A stretch of DNA of 64,000 nucleotides from an uncultured Flavobacteriales bacterium (GTDB taxonomy: Bacteria; Bacteroidota; Bacteroidia; Palsa-965), in NCBI GenBank assembly GCA_903873905.1, contig CAIQQJ010000043.1, positions 4,426-68,425 on the forward strand. Reading direction: 5' to 3'. The position numbers and the translations under genes are program-made. Position 1 is the stretch's first letter. The number at the start of each line of letters is the position of its first letter. Of the stretch, positions 63,708 to 64,000 are shown piece by piece. Under the pieces are notes generated by a model. The model had not been told where the DNA came from. It was given only the letters and a program-made list of their open reading frames with translations, and did no database searches.

Positions 63708-64000
63708 ATGTCACCTTTCTGTTTTCTGATTTTATTGGCACTAATTGCATTGCCGAGCTTCGGATTTGCTCAAACAACTACGTTGTCTTATACTGGTGCA
63801 TCCCAAACCTACACTGTCCCTACAGGAGTTACAAGTATATTAATTGAATGTTGGGGAGCTCAAGGAGGTAGTGGTGGTGATAATGGCGGTTACGCAAAAG
63901 GCTATTTGGCAGTAACCCCGGCGCAAGTATTAAACATATATGTTGGCGGACAAGGTACCCATCCAACAGGAGGTTGGAATGGAGGCGGGCCAGGTGGAAT
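63708..64000 (+). CDS. secreted glycine-rich-domain protein, N-terminal fragment (continues past the right edge)
   Basis: Own translation: MSPFCFLILLALIALPSFGFAQTTTLSYTGASQTYTVPTGVTSILIECWGAQGGSGGDNGGYAKGYLAVTPAQVLNIYVGGQGT... Signal peptide plus the 'TYTVPxGVTSIxIExWGAQGG' glycine-rich domain pattern. An in-frame upstream ATG exists at 63642. Confidence 0.65.
   Translation, partial: MSPFCFLILLALIALPSFGFAQTTTLSYTGASQTYTVPTGVTSILIECWGAQGGSGGDNGGYAKGYLAVTPAQVLNIYVGGQGTHPTGGWNGGGPGG

Overview
AT-rich Bacteroidota-type chromosome segment; the phylum call rests on the gldJ / porU / porV / PorP-SprF gliding and type IX secretion genes. The window has three parts. (1) 1-23.6 kb is housekeeping and envelope: a cdd fragment, a VTC-DUF4956-OMP triad, ispF, porV-porU, a sprF-like gene, gldJ, murF, an acyl-CoA dehydrogenase, anmK, a Glu/Leu/Phe/Val dehydrogenase, a tonB-exbB-exbD-tonB-like cluster, folC and tRNA-Val(TAC). 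(2) 23.7-55.2 kb is the standout: 25 tightly packed, co-directional minus-strand genes. They encode a three-subunit molybdenum hydroxylase interrupted by a CysK-like PLP enzyme. They also encode three 2-oxoacid:ferredoxin oxidoreductase (OFOR)-family enzymes, two of which carry an inserted GltD/NfnB-like NAD(P)H-FAD module. The rest are a family III CoA-transferase, a split B12 acyl-CoA mutase, a thiolase with an HMG-CoA-synthase-like/DUF35 fusion that seems to lack its catalytic residues, an acyl-CoA and a 3-hydroxyacyl-CoA dehydrogenase, a 10-heme cytochrome c with a small membrane partner, RidA and hydantoinase/oxoprolinase A+B. I cannot assign the substrate. I propose an anaerobic amino-acid or N-heterocycle/lactam catabolic system with NAD(P)-coupled OFORs. 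A methionine gamma-lyase-type gene is divergently transcribed from it. (3) 56.7-64 kb starts at tRNA-Val(GAC) and looks accessory: a DUF4143 ATPase behind a 45-nt palindrome, MarC, an orphan PAS histidine kinase, a collagen-like protein, a frameshifted OmpA-family gene and a Gly-rich secreted protein fragment. Non-coding oddities are a bipartite motif found directly after three unrelated stop codons, a GC-rich 115-nt intergenic island and two very long hairpins/palindromes. I saw no CRISPR array, rRNA, transposase or integrase. All functional calls come from reading the translations by eye; no database search was run.
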